A stretch of DNA of 63,552 bases, filler included, from Choristocarpus tenellus KU-1152 (Eukaryota > Protista > Phaeophyceae): assembly GCA_964200185.2 (NCBI GenBank). It is 11 parts of 11 records of this genome, joined end to end, with 100 filler letters (N's around TTAATTAATTAA, not from the genome) between each part and the next. Parts side by side here need not be neighbours in the genome. Positions count along the whole stretch, not along the records: positions 23,905 to 41,366 come from CAXNAD020000673.1; positions 41,467 to 49,039 come from CAXNAD020005945.1; positions 49,140 to 52,397 come from CAXNAD020021222.1; positions 52,498 to 57,460 come from CAXNAD020012356.1; 7 more parts are not named here. One strand, 5' to 3'. The position numbers were made by a program, and so were the translations under genes. The notes beneath the pieces were generated by a model that was given only the letters and a program-made list of their open reading frames with translations, was not told the DNA's origin and did no database searches. The number at the start of each line of letters is the position of its first letter. Position 1 is the stretch's first letter. Positions 39,301 through 52,955 of this stretch are shown piece after piece.

Positions 39301-40776
39301 ATTTCGAAGTACATATTGATACAAGTGACAGGTATCCGGAATACCATCCAAGCTAGCCCTAGTATATGGTGTGCTTTACAATATGAACGCTATGTCGGTG
39401 TGTGATATATGTGCCCAAGTCCACTGTTCTAAGCCCCAAATAATTTTCTGCAACAAAGGTTTCATCGCCGTTCTCTTCACAGATAGCACATTAGACAAGC
39501 AAAGATTGCTAAATTGAGCATCAAGACATACCCACCGGAAAAATCATGAGGAGGTGTGTCCACAAGAGCAAACTCAGGTACCAGCTCTGTTAGTGGTGGC
39601 GGAGGGAGTGCCAGGCTGGTGTATGCCTTGGTATGGGTGGGGGTGGGCGTGTAGACGGGAAAATATTTGACGTTGTGATAATTATGCAAAAAAAGTCTTG
39701 AAGTAATGACGTACACTCTGCACTCGCATTTCATGGTGTGTCACGATGGAGGTCTCCACCCTTGCCAGAATTACGGGCTAGAAACTCTCAGAGCACACGG
39801 AGATCCGCAGCTACAACAAGTAAGAATCATTTTCCTTGCACCTTACTTGCTGAAACCTGTAACCTCACCCCAAGATTGGCAACATTCATCATGTTGCTGT
39901 CAAACACCAGGCCAGACATGCAGATCTCGTACTCTCTTGTCACTTCAGTCATAAGCTCGCTAGCTACCGCCATCGCTCGACCTTGGTAGGCATTACTGCC
40001 ATTCTTCTTCCCTGAGTAAAATCAAGTAGGCATGAAGTGCATGAGGGCTTCGTACTAGAAACATTCTACACAGTTTTGTACAGGGGAGTAAAACAGATGG
40101 TTAACCAATGTGGAAGGCTCATAGTGTCCTGGTGGGTGAATCAGGTGTCTATTTTGAGGGCTTATTGTCCCCGTGGTGATTTTCCATCCCCCTGCCTGGA
40201 CCAAATCCAGAGAAAAATCAACCCACAAAGTGGTCATCAAACCGGGGAATCTTACAACACCCCATCAACCTCTGAACGAATGACCTGGGCTAAACACCGT
40301 AAACCCTCTAGTATCAAATTGGTCAGAAGTTATAACACATTATGTATATTTTTCTGACAGACAAGAATCATGTATCCAAAGACCCTATCCAACTAACTCC
40401 TTCCATCATCCGATTTGGAGCTAAAACAAGTCCTCTGGATATTTATCGAGGTCGAGCAACAAACTTGGACCCAAACATGACCCCAAACCAAACTCCGAAA
40501 TACAAGGTTGTAACACTTCCTCTCTTGCACCCATAGTTCAAACACTCAGGCATAGCAAACCGCCACCGCTGAGGAAAACACATTATGTGCCTGTTTTACT
40601 TCCTAGTAGTTCGGGTTGCTCTCTCCAGGATCAGCAGATGACACCAGATCCCACCACACTTCTTACCTTGTTTTGGACTCAGAGCAGATAGTGCCAGTGC
40701 CATGGTTCTAAGTGCGGACCTCTCTTCAAGAGTGCCCACCACCCCAGTGTCAACGGGCATGCTGCGAACATAGTGT
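24367..40776 (-). CDS. Axonemal dynein heavy chain (inner-arm, DNAH1-like), tail and linker; partial, 26 exons
   Basis: Exons 40667-40776, 39869-40011, 39536-39626, 38886-39010, 38462-38649, 37708-37742, 36965-37164, 36710-36870, 36091-36196, 35400-35513, 34904-35041, 32933-33118, 32637-32719, 32337-32484, 31155-31244, 30592-30735, 30250-30403, 29596-29794, 28954-29134, 28074-28163, 27535-27693, 26988-27164, 26477-26601, 25725-25908, 25201-25371, 24367-24516. All introns are GT-AG and phase-consistent. DHC_N2 motifs [65 protein letters not shown]. Confidence 0.95.
28707..28889 (-). mobile_element. MITE family B in a dynein intron
   Basis: Reverse complement of the 19242 element; ends GACCCAAAACATCTGGGGG and CCCCCAGATACTTTGAG. 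Confidence 0.88.
31768..32023 (-). mobile_element. MITE family A in a dynein intron, TSD TTA
   Basis: GAGTCAAAGCATTTAAGAGGGTAGG ... CCTACCCTCTTAAATGCTTTCGGTT, with TTA on both sides. Confidence 0.88.
34480..34740 (+). mobile_element. MITE family A in a dynein intron, TSD TGA
   Basis: Perfect 23-bp TIR GAGTGAAAGTATCTCAGAGGGTA / TACCCTCTGAGATACTTTCACTC, with TGA on both sides. Confidence 0.93.
37957..38161 (+). mobile_element. MITE family A, internally deleted, in a dynein intron
   Basis: Homologous to the other A copies but lacking ~50 bp; degenerate TIRs. Confidence 0.85.
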
Positions 40777-41314
40777 CTGCACAAATAGATATTTCCAGCA
40801 GGGTTTTAGGTTTAGGCCACAGATGGGTGTGCTGGGATAACACGGAATTTGTCTGTACTTTCTACAGCGTCTGAGACAGTGGTATGACTCAATATGTGCT
40901 TCTCTTGCTAACAAGCTTTGTCTAGAGTACCCTGATGAGAAAGGTAGAGGATAAATCAGTCAAGTGAGCAGTTAAGGGGGCACTGAAAACCGACTGCATC
41001 ACAAGAATGGCCTGCAGGTCTGCCTTCACTGGTCCATCCTGGAGTGTGAAGAACACTAAAGACTATCCTCATAGATAGCACAGTCCTCATCCAAACTCCG
41101 TCACTGCCTGGACCCATATTAGTAATTGCTGTTGATCGTTCATTAATCCTCTCCTTCGATCGATTTGTACGACCAGAAAATACATCTAATTAATGAACCC
41201 TTACCCCTCTCTTAAGTGATCGAACATTGCTGAATCAGATAGGGTGTAAAAACGGAGGAGGAAAAAATGTTGGCCTCTGCATGTCTCAAGGAAAAGTACC
41301 AATGGTCTGACAGT

Positions 41315-41366
41315 GACCCAAAGTATCTGGGAGGGGGGGAGGGTCTACACCAGGGTGTCCATTTGG
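41315..41366 (-). mobile_element. MITE family B end at a contig edge (also 23905-23942)
   Basis: GACCCAAAGTATCTGGGAGGGGGG...TCTACACCAGGGTGTCCATTTGG runs into the gap. Confidence 0.85.
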
Positions 41367-41518
41367 NNNNNNNNNNNNNNNNNNNNNNNNNNNNNNNNNN
41401 NNNNNNNNNNTTAATTAATTAANNNNNNNNNNNNNNNNNNNNNNNNNNNNNNNNNNNNNNNNNNNNGGGTTTAACTAGTGGGGGGTGTTGTTGGAGGGGG
41501 GTGTCAATGAGGTCGTAA

Positions 41519-41549
<31 letters not shown>

Positions 41550-44344
41550 GTATTCCATCGTGTCGAAAAGGCAACCATACCATAAATTTCTACCAAAAAA
41601 AAGAAAGAATTACCATCTCAACCTATTAGATACATAGACTTTCAACAGTTAGACAAAAAAAAAAATCAAATCCCACATCTCAACAGATAAGAAAAAAATC
41701 CCCTTCCTGAATTTCAGGTCTAATACTTACACTCAACAAAGTGAACCAAAAAAGGAATTAAAAGGGTAGGCAGTTTGGCATGATAACTCAAAAAAACTTT
41801 GACAGTGTGCTTTAAATTACACTAACCACAGCTACCCATAAATATGATCATGTTTCAACGCTCCACTAACCTCCAAAATTGTACTTGACAGAAATCAGGA
41901 ATTTTACGGATCAATGGGAGATTATCCCCCCATGATCTTACCCAATAGATCTGCAATGTTGCTTACAGTCAGGCCTTTGGTGCATCACAGGGGCCATCGA
42001 ATGAACAAGTATACCATCACAGACCACAAGAAAGGTGAGGGAGGTGGGGGGGGGAGGGACACCATTCCACATGATGTTGTGGTTGGTCCAAATGTCTAAA
42101 ATAGTGATGGAAAAATGTTGTCCCCCTTGTGCACACTAATGTTGAATGCACGATCTCATGCACTGTCAAAATCAGGTCAAAGAGTTCCAACTAGACACAC
42201 GAGCTCCTCCAGAGCTGTGTGAACTGTGTCACACATACACACACAAATGCATAGAACTTCTGTGCACAAACACAAAACTTGCAACAAGCCCCACCAGCAA
42301 ACCAGTAAGGCAACCAACATAGGGGCCAAGGGTACCTGCTGAAGATGCCAGAGGCTGCTGTAGCTGCACCGACATTCCCCAGCTACTGCTGCTGCTCTTG
42401 TGATTTGCATTGCCTGGTCCAGTGCCAGGAATTGCCATCCCACCCCTACCCTGATTCTCACTGACTATCCACCCCCCCCTTGCTGCAGTCATGTGGGCTA
42501 CAGGCAGTGCAGCCACTGTGGGCATGGGTGGCTCACTCGACAAGGGTGCTGCATGCAGAGTAAATCAAGGTGTCATGGTGGTCAAGGGTGGAATGAGGTG
42601 GGCGTGAAATAGATGGCACAGATATAAAAGGTGCTGACCTTAGTCAGGAAAGAACTAACAACCCACAACGCAATCAGGGCCAAACACAGGTACTCATCAA
42701 TTCAAAGCCAGAGAGAGAGGTGGGGAAGGAGGAATCCCCTGAGATGTAACGAGACTCTCGACTATACAAACTTGAGATGCCCAGTGTACAATAAAAAGTC
42801 TTGTGTGAATGTGTAGTTGGAAACGAGAATAAGAGGTAGCTAATTGCATAGACAAATGCGAAATGCCTTATCAACATGTTGGAAGGCCCTTTAGAGAGTT
42901 TCGCGACTCAAGTGCGTGTAAAAACAATGTGGCAAAAGACACAATGTTACTACAGTCACAACATGAAACAGTCTATTATTTGGAAAGTATGACATCAGCA
43001 ATTAAAGCAGTGCTGTGCCATTTTAACTGTCCCAAGTGTAGACAACAAAAAGGTGCATGTGCTTTCTTGTCATTTCTTTCAAAACAGCAAGATATTAAAG
43101 TATGGGTTTTTCATTTGTTTTGCTTTCAAAATGATACTAAGCACAGTCACCATCAACATAAGAACGGCAGTGCTATGCCTAGATGTTCTACACTGCTCTA
43201 ACAATCCAAGTGAAAAGAAAACAGCTCAAGCATTCATAAACCTAAAATAATATGAGCATTGGAAATTCTCAAGATCAATAGATTGTTTTCCCCATCCTAA
43301 TAGAAAATTGCCTGCCAAGTAAAAGTAACATTTACTTGCTCAGGTGATCAAGAACAGAAGACAATTGTTCATTATTGTAGCTTTATTGTACTCTAAAGGC
43401 AACACAAACAGTGCACCAGTTACAATCAAGGAATGCTAGGAAATAATTCAAATTAAATTTTCGCACAATCAGCAAAGACCCTCGCAGCTGCTGCTATCTC
43501 TCCACAAGATCATGCATTGCTATTCCCAAGGGTGGTGTGGTGATGGACGCAGGATGTGGAAGTGAAGTGAGCGAGGTGTGGAGATGGCACAGCACTTAGG
43601 CAACAGATAGTCTGTTCTACTTCAGACTATCGCCTACAAGAAAAAAGGCATATCGCCTTCATCATCCGACCATACACTGCATATCAACAGTGAATGATTA
43701 ATGAGTACATACTTGCAATTGAGGCAGTCCACACTAAGCACATGCAAGCTCTGATATCTATTGAAGAAACGATGAACAATTCTCACCATCCACCTCTTTT
43801 CATAGACCACAGTTAGATGCATTATGATCTCAATAACGTCTCCATTCAATACTGTTCATATACCAGGTATTGCCATGTAAGGCGTACATTACAATTGTAC
43901 CTACAAGCACGTTGAGCATACCTTATTGTTCAAGTTCTGGTGCATTGACGACATGACTAACAATGTTTTTGCCTATCAACCTTCAGGTGGCACACATAGT
44001 AGCTTAGCTGTCATAAAAGTAAGCAATACTATTCCTGCATCGTAATCCTCTGAAATTCATTTGCCCTTTCCCAGGAAGGGATTATACTGTGTACTATGTT
44101 CAGTGGCAGCACACTGAAGGGCGGCAATAAAGTGGAAAAAAGTGGTACATACAAGTAGTCGGCAATATACGCTACTGCTGCAGACAACATTACATTATTC
44201 TAAAGGGTTATTTGGGTTAAGTGTGGACAAGGACGTAATTGCGGTGAATCATTTCGGGAGCGGAGATAGACATACCAAGTTGGGAGGCATGCGCACCATC
44301 CATGTGTTGTCTACAGACCGTGTCACGTGTGTCACCTCCTCTCA

Positions 44345-44600
44345 TCATGCCCTGGAAGTTAGCATGCTTTGTGCCCAACGTCCGTCCATCATCAGATCTG
44401 GGTACGGAATGGACTCTATCCAAGGGTCCCCGCCAAGAGTCGACTTGCCCCCACGCATCATTTCGGGGATGGGGCTGCGACTGCCCTCCACTCCATTGAA
44501 CGGAATAGGAGGAATATTGCTGCGAAACAGGGCCGACTTCAGAGCCTTGGTAATAACCTGCAGCCGACGAAGGGAGTGCGATGGAGTCATGAGCGGGGTT
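44345..44600 (-). mobile_element. Degenerate copia integrase-like remnant
   Basis: IPPIPFNGVEGSRSPIPEMMRGGKSTLGGDPWIES resembles TPEQNGVAERxNRTIxEMxR...LWxEA. Confidence 0.4.
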
Positions 44601-47600
44601 TTGGTTAGACATCCTTACTCCTGTTATGGATTGATTTGTTGTCCCTAATAGAAGACAGCTGGTCGTTAAAAAAGATGGGCATTGATTCATATAGAAAATC
44701 AGCTGAAGACAAATAGTCATTATTGCCTATGAAAAATGAGGTCAAGTGTTTGAAGGGAGGGGAGCCAGGTGGTTATTTGACAAACTTGTAATTACGTATT
44801 GTCAACTAGATTACACGAACGAACCTGGTGCGCCTCCATGCTTGGAATTCCAATCCCGGTCTCGCACTCTCTCTTCGACGGGAGGGAACGGAGGGTGTGA
44901 TGAGAGTACACGTGTGTAATGCCCCGACTCGCCTCGCATCACCTCAGAGGCTCCTACAGTCACGCCACTATAAACTCCTGTTGATGCGGCATCTCTTGAC
45001 TGACGACCAAAATATTCTATGTGCGACATTCGAACAACAGGTAAGAGGTCAAGCCCTATCGTCGTTACTCTCCTCACGGATCTACGTGATATAGCAGGGT
45101 TGATTTTCAAGGGGTTGATTGTTGATTACTTGTTTGACTTACCCTTACCCATTCCCCACTCCTAATTCCCCACGCGCCACATACATCGCACACAAACTTT
45201 GATGCAAAAATTCAGAATCGGCTCTTGAACAATAGTTTCAAGTTGACGCTTGATGTACAGAACTAATACACTAATATTCAAATTCCTGAGGCATATGGTG
45301 GTTTCTTTCTCCTTTTGAATAGACTGAGATTAATCGACATTCCACACCTCTCATATCTTTTCTGATTTTCCAATATAAAAAATAGTTTCATTCTCTATTT
45401 TTTCATCTTTATAATACAACATTCTGGTACATTATACCACTGTATATACTCTGAATTAATTTGTACGAGGTAGGATTGAAGTTATAGGAAACTGTACTCG
45501 GTTTTTTCCGCTATAACATTCGCAAAATGTCACTTGTGATAAAACAACATACAAGTTAGGAGGATGACCACTTGCGACTGTGACTGCTTCACATAGTAAA
45601 TCTCACTTGCTTCTTGTCTCGACAAGGAAGCATTTTTGAGTCCATTCTGGGTACAATCGCACACAAAACCACTGGTAGAAGTCTTCACTTCTTACTGCTT
45701 ACTGTTCACTACTCGCGCACACTCGCAATGGTTCTCATGCAAAAGTAATATCGATATCAGTAAGCCACAACGTCAGGAGGTGGGTGTTAACAGCTTGCCA
45801 TTTCTCTCAAGGCAAGAGCGGTGAGAAGGTAAATCGAAGGAGATGATAAAGTTTTGCTACGTTGGTTCCGAATGAGATGTTACTGATATTGTGTAGTTAG
45901 ATTCACGGTAGTATCCACCTGACCCCACCATACATCAGGGTTACGGTGAAATAATAATGAACGACATCCAACAGATGGCGATGACTGATATGCGGAATTA
46001 AAGATGGGTCCACAGAAAAGGCACTGTGGAAAACGGCATTGCCATCGTTCCATCGCAGCCACAAGTACATTTGAGTGCATATAAGCATTCTGTGGAAACC
46101 CATAGAACATATGTGGAGCTGGAGATTATGTGCCCAGTCACCCCCTACGCCTTCCTGCCCAACCCTATTAGACCTAACAACCGTGGCATGAGGATACTAT
46201 CTGTGCTGTGTCTCGAAGTCATTTTTCTTCTTCGTTTGTCACAAAAAAACGGCGTTGAAGAATCGTGATCAGGAAATTTAATTTCGTCCAGTCTGACACA
46301 CGTGCCTTTTAAAACTATATGCCGTACACTCACTCCAACAAGCATGGACGGAATCGGGTGCACCCTCCGTTCTCTATTAGAGCATTTTATTGAAGAAAAA
46401 GGTATATCCAACCCAACCCGAAAATAGTTAGAAGCTAAACACTCCGTCCTCACACTTCTGACGATGAAGATATTCTATCCCCACGACAACAGAAATGAGG
46501 ATGTTCGTGTTCGAAGTTCCCGTACATGTCCCATCTCGGGATCCAGAGACTAGGGGTGACGTCGCATCTCAACTGCAATACTCTCTGACTCACCAGACGA
46601 CGTATTGTCGACCCGCGTTCCCACCCTCTCCAATCACACAACTGTATTAATCCCCATCGATCCCATACATCAACCCCCTACCCTTCTTAACGCAGCTTAC
46701 CCTCAAATAGAGTAGCAAATGAATCGCCTATAAGGAATTCAGTGGGAGTGGGCGAGCTTCATCGTCATCTTCTTTCCCTTGTGATAAAGAACATGCCTTT
46801 GTAGTAACTTTCACATGGTAGATCCGGTCGATGGACATGAAACCATCTGCTCCAGGAGACAAGAGAAGCCATGTGAATCTACCCTTAGACAACTGCAGGG
46901 GTAGACATAGGCAACATTGATGTAAGCAGTGCATTGTTTTACCTGTGGAGAGGCACGTTGGATATATGGTTGTGAAATATCGAGAAACAGCTCAGAAGGA
47001 CACAAGAAAAGAGACCAGAGAAATCATGAAGTTAGGTGAGATGTTGAGGACAACCCATGTTCATGGCAGGTTAAAGACTTAGAAGCCTATGCTTGCCCCA
47101 TGTACAGAGAGTGGCCTCCGAAACATACATAGCAGGGCAGGGCAAGGATATGATCTGACCTATTCAAAAAAATAGGCTTTCGATCGTGAGAGAATCGAGC
47201 AATCACCTCCCTGCCATCAAGTTGGATAGTTTGAGACACGTAGCAGGACTGCTATAGTGTCACCATGATATTGTTGAACAGCTCTCGTTGCTCGTCTCTA
47301 AATGTTGTTCAATATCGCTAGATGTGAGGCTTTTCTCAACTGAAATTCGTGCCCACACTTGCACACCGAGGACAGTGATAGGCTATCATCCGATATTATT
47401 TTCACTGTACCGATCAATACCATACAGGGACTGCACCACAGCGCTGTTGCGATGAATACGTTTGTGGCACCCATTGTAGATCCTGAGTTCTCGTTTCAGG
47501 TACCCACCATCAAGTGAGAAGGGTCAACCTTGGGTCAGCCAACCGCAAAAATGGGGGAAAATGGAGTTCAAAGCATCTCTACGCATGTGGTGCACAGTAT

Positions 47601-48900
47601 CGCGAATCACTTGTAAATAGGTACGCCCCACCAACAACACAAAAACACGCCTCCTGAGGTCTAAAAAGGTGCATTTGCACTACATTTGAACTTCCTAGAG
47701 CCCCTTGCTTTGAGTACAGTTCTGCTATTTTGAGTCTAAGACATAAGCCACGATAAGTTGAACAGTTTCTTTGTATGTTGTCGCGAAGAAATCACTGCTC
47801 TTATTGTCAGTGTGCATCTTCAACCTGTCAATAGCAATCCCTATTAGAAGTCGCACTCTCCGAAGTATGTGACTGTGCCCAGATCTTCATATATGTGTTT
47901 ACAATTTCCTGAGCAGAATTCTATATTCATATATACTTGAACCTTACGTTTTCTATCACCACCAGTCAGCCACACACTTATTCTGCTTGATGATCTGAGT
48001 GTTCATATCACACCCCAGCCTGCATCATCACATTTGTTATTGATGCCCACCCACAAAGTCATCGAGTGACACCTCGTCAGACCAGCTAGCATTACTGTGC
48101 ACGACAGCGTGTTTTACCTGTGCATGATTTGTGCCTGCTTGAACATTGTTGCACAAGCCTTTATCTACTGAAACGGTCTAGTGTCATTGAAACTCCACTT
48201 CTGTATAAATATTATGTAACCTTATTTTGTATATCAACTGTCTGTATATGGCAGAGAAGCAGGGGGGTTTCTGTATTAGTGCAAAAAGCAGGGAAATTTG
48301 AAATGTGACTATCTGGTGTCTCCAGCCTTCCTACTGAATTTTTCAACGTTACCCACGATTACTGATAAATATTTAGTGCAGCAAGGTCTCTATCCTAGTC
48401 ATTTTATCTACAAGATTGGAACTATTTGTTATAACGCACACACCAAGAATGTCGCATAATTGTGGGGAAGATCTGGGACTTGCACCACCCAATGATATGT
48501 ACCATTCCCAGAAAGCAGAGAGGGAACCACCTGCTGTGCGACAATTTGGCACACCCTCTCATGGTGGCCATTTTCCTGCAAACCCCTCTTGCTTATGTGT
48601 TGGCTCACCTCTACGCATATACCTTACTTAGGGACCTCGCATACTTGTTGGCATCCCATCCATAACAAACAAATGGTATTAAATATCACATATAACATAG
48701 ATACCTCAATTATACCAACACGACTCACTCATCCCTTCTTCGCTGCTAATACAGAGAAATGTGAAAGAAGGATAAACCATGTTGAGAAGCTTGGTGCATG
48801 TAAGGCTCGTCGCCGAAAGCTAGCAGTTGAATTACATGGTAAAACATACACTGAATTATTTATTGTCCGCAGGGTATTGTCCACTTGGTGTCCAATATAA

Positions 48901-49039
48901 GGCTCGTAGTATCTGGGGGGGGGTAGCGACTGTCCAATTGGGGTCAATTTTTTTATGTCGCGATTTTTGGGTGATTTGGTTGCATACGTCGGATGGATGA
49001 TGTAAATGCACTTTTCCTGATTTTGGTGTAAATGGACAC
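48901..49039 (+). mobile_element. MITE family B, truncated by gap
   Basis: GGCTCGTAGTATCTGGGGGGGG...ATGTCGCGATTTTTGGGTGATTTGGTT..., as at 19242. Confidence 0.88.
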
Positions 49040-49433
49040 NNNNNNNNNNNNNNNNNNNNNNNNNNNNNNNNNNNNNNNNNNNNTTAATTAATTAANNNNN
49101 NNNNNNNNNNNNNNNNNNNNNNNNNNNNNNNNNNNNNNNGTTGGGGGTGGGGGGGGGGGGGGGGGGGTGTGGGGGGGGGGGGGGGAGGGGGGGAAGGGGG
49201 GGGGGGATGGATGGCAAAAACACAGGATGCAGGTGCTGCTAAAGACGCGTCACAGGTAAGCCCAACATGGGACATTGATGCCTGCACTTCGAGACAATTC
49301 CAAAGCTAGCAAACAGCACAATGTATCTACTACAGCACGGCATTGGGTTCAAAATCTTCGTAACATACATAAACCATAAGAGTGGAACACAAACAAAAAA
49401 GTAAGATCAAAGCAAACGCTCCTCCTGCCTCAC

Positions 49434-51749
49434 CTCAATAATGGCTACCGATGTTCCATCCACCTCTGCAAGGCGGCACTCTAAGCCCTGCATCTCAGCA
49501 CAGGCTCCATCGCCAGAACTGGCTGCCACAGAGGACATGTGGTGGTCTGTCCACTCATCAGGGTCACGGATTGCAATTCCCAGGGCAGAAAGAGACATTA
49601 AGGTGGTCTCCACCTGGTCCGGGTGGTTCAGCAGCACCTCAGGAAAACGCAGATACGCATTGGAGCGCCTCAGGGCTGTACACAAAGGGAGAGGGTCAAA
49701 GGAACCGATGAAGCCCATATTGTGGTATATTTGAGGCACAAAGGGGTTGAGTGTTATGCTTTACATACAAATGCTGAACTATATCGGTCACGTACTAACA
49801 TAATTGTGCATGCTTGAAATTTGAACTTAAGAGTGTTCTGGCAAAACCTGTAGTATCTACTGGGGGGGGGGGGGAGAAAGAGTCAAAAGGCAAAGCAAAG
49901 GACCTCCTCTGCTGAGGTACATGGCAGTAAAGGTGCACGCTCCAAAGAAAAATAAATGTATGATAACTCCAGACCTGACTGGTCTTGTGGGCTACAACAT
50001 TGTCACAGTATCTATCAATGCATCCTAGAGTGCGTTGAGTGCAGGTGGCAAGTCTTTTCTGTCTAATTGATTGGCCAAGGTTTGCCAACTCAAGAGCCGG
50101 TGGGTCAATGCAAACCAACACATTTTATGACTTGGAGCAAGAAAAAGTTCAAGTATTGTTGACTCACCAATACACAGACGTAATATTTGTCAGAAAATAC
50201 ACACAATAAACACACACACACACATAGATGAGGACTTCTCACTCACCAAGGTACACAAACATCTCAAGCGCAGACTAGCTGCTCACATAGGCAAGTACAA
50301 ACACTGTAAAACATTGTTCACAAACAAACATACACCTCCAGCCCAGACCGAATCACCTAAGCATCAGGATCAAGCACCACATCACAAACGTCCACATCAA
50401 CCATTTTACCCTCTCAAAACACAAGCCACAACCAAAAACTACTGATACACCACAAAACTCACAAAAGCTATCCATCCCTCCTCACCCTGAAGCTCAGCAA
50501 TCTTCATACTATTTAGGGAGGTTAGGCGTGCACGGACATGCTGCTGCTCCATCTCTATCCCACTGATCTCATCACCCCCAGCTGCCTGTCGGCGGCGCCG
50601 GCGCAGCTTGGATTGGAGCTCCTCGAGGTGATCTTCCTCGTCAAGGATCTACCAAAAAAAGGGAGGCGATCTGCATTACTAGAGCATCGGTATTTGCAGA
50701 TCAGCATAGCAAAACGTGAGATGGTCACAAAGTGCAAGTGATCAGATAAGATCAACCACTTCACGTTGCGGTATAAGTAAGTTTCTGTCCGGGTACGTTA
50801 TGAACTTGCCCCCTCCCCCCCCCTTCAACTCCCCAAAAGTTATGACTCGAGTCTCAAATTTAAATAACTACCACGAAGGCGTTAGTTGGATTGGCAAAGA
50901 CAACAGCATCATAATCAGAACAATAAATACATTAGGAAAAAAGAAAGGCATGCCATAATACATACAAAAGTTCACAAGACACCAACAACGCATGAAAAAG
51001 AATAAAAAAACTTTTTTTTCCACAACACTGCCTCTCGCTTCCAGTGCGGTCTAGCATATATTTAGCAACGTTCATTGAGAGGGGACAAAGATAACAGACC
51101 TAACAACTTACCCTGCACTCGTGTGAACAATACGCCTGCTCATAAAGATAAAGAGGGTTAGGGTTATACACTGCCAACATTCAGTACGCACAATGGACTA
51201 TGACACCCCCCCCGGGTAGATAAGTCACCATGTATCAACTCAATCAAAGCATCCTTTTCTCTCTATAGACAGACATGCCCTCTCCCCTCCCCCAACCCTC
51301 AGGCCCCCATGTCACCTCTCTATCCCCGCCCTGCTCAAGAGTTCCACCCGGCGACAATCAGACCATTTTCAGACACATCAAAAACAGAGTCCCAACGCTG
51401 AGAAGTTAAGCAAACACACACATTGTTAACACGTTCAAAAGAGATCAAACCACCGACAAGTCTCTTCTGGCAGAACAAAAACAATCAAAAAGACCAACAA
51501 TCAAAAAGGTCAACAACAGACCCGCCTACCCAAGATGTAGAGGACCAACAACATGATTCCATTCCTCTACTGAATCAGTCAACTCACAGCCAGGACGGCA
51601 CTCACCTGCTGTCGCAACGTGACCAGGCGGCTCCTACTCTCCCGGGCTGCTCCAACCCCACCACAACCGGAATGACTCTCCCCCCACGGGGAGAGCACCC
51701 TGACCTCTGGAAGGGAGTTCCGCAGGACTGAGGCGGCAGCTGTGAGCCT
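49434..51749 (-). CDS. Hypothetical multi-exon protein (exons 51606-51749, 50486-50648, ~49434-49758; others unresolved)
   Basis: GC-richer open segments bounded by AG/GT: RLTAAASVLRNSLPE...LVTLRQQ | ILDEEDHLEELQSKLRRRRRQ...LNSMKIAELQ | ...LRRSNAYLRFPEVLLNHPDQ...VAIIE. The first two exons join in phase 0; the link to the third is unresolved. Confidence 0.55.
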
Positions 51750-52497
51750 CTGCAAAAGTATTCCGTTGTTGCCACACCGAGGATACATAATAGTTTAGAA
51801 GCGGTCAGGGGGATATTGATCTGGAATCACTGATCGAAAGCAGGCGTAGATCAAAAGGATCTCTATATCGTAGGGGAAACTCAAAAGCGTCTCCCTCGTT
51901 ATCTGAACCCTCTCTTCTTAGTCCACCACTAGACGTTTGAAACAAAAGACATAGCGGCGGAAGAGTGTACGGGAATCCCCTCAGCAACTTGAACATCATT
52001 TACCCAAACCTTCCAGGCCTCATGATATAGAGAACCTTCAAAAACGTTACACACACAGACCCTGCGAAGCCAAGCAAAGAGTTGAAAAAAATAAAAATAA
52101 AATATATATATATATTTTTTTTTTCAAGTTCACACATACGGAAATATTGGACCAAAAGAAAGGCTCTCTACTTTAAACATTTAATAATAATAAAAACTAT
52201 TCTTAAACCGACTCCGCATCAGTATTCTTCGAAACCTTCAAAAGAACTGCTTCAATTGAATTGTGCACCGACGTAAGAATCCTTCAACGGACCAGGTGTG
52301 GGGGGGGCGGGGCAGGGGGGGGGGGATCGAAGGGGGGTGGGGTGGGGAAGGGGGGAGGTTTTGGGGGGTGGCCGAACCTTTAAAAAAAAAACAAAAANNN
52401 NNNNNNNNNNNNNNNNNNNNNNNNNNNNNNNNNNNNNNNNNTTAATTAATTAANNNNNNNNNNNNNNNNNNNNNNNNNNNNNNNNNNNNNNNNNNNN

Positions 52498-52599
52498 CCC
52501 CTTCCCTTTTTTTTTTTTAAAAGCCCTTTTCCCTTTTTTGGGCCAAATGACCCCCCTGGGGGGGACCCCCCCCCCCCCCCCTCCCAGATACTTTGGGTC
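52498..52599 (+). mobile_element. MITE family B end at a contig edge
   Basis: GGCCAAATGA...poly-C...TCCCAGATACTTTGGGTC. Confidence 0.8.
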
Positions 52600-52955
52600 A
52601 CTTCTGGTTTATGTTTGGTCACTATTTTCGGTTTCTGTTGCTCGAATGATACGTTGTATTGTATGTGACTGGCGAGTCCAAGTAGCATTGGCATATTTGA
52701 TTTTTTCCAGCTTCTGAACCAATTGACCTAAGGCGTCATGATTTCTGTATTAGTCCTTTGTCACTCAGCCTTGACACCTGGTTCAGTGTACAACAGTAAG
52801 ACAACCTCCCTCTTTCCCATCTAGAGTCTGCATTGTCAAAGATTGAGCATGCATGCTTTGACTTGTGCATCATATGCACTTAAATTGGAAGAGAATAGTA
52901 CCAGTTTTGTACACAGTCTTGTATCACAATGTACAACTATAGTTTGTCCACTCAC

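Noticed and set aside
43300-48900. Harbinger transposase remnants that could be the MITE master element
   Set aside because: Only very short motif hints (e.g. FFLVGDS near 43625-43650, minus strand) are visible, too weak to call without a profile search.
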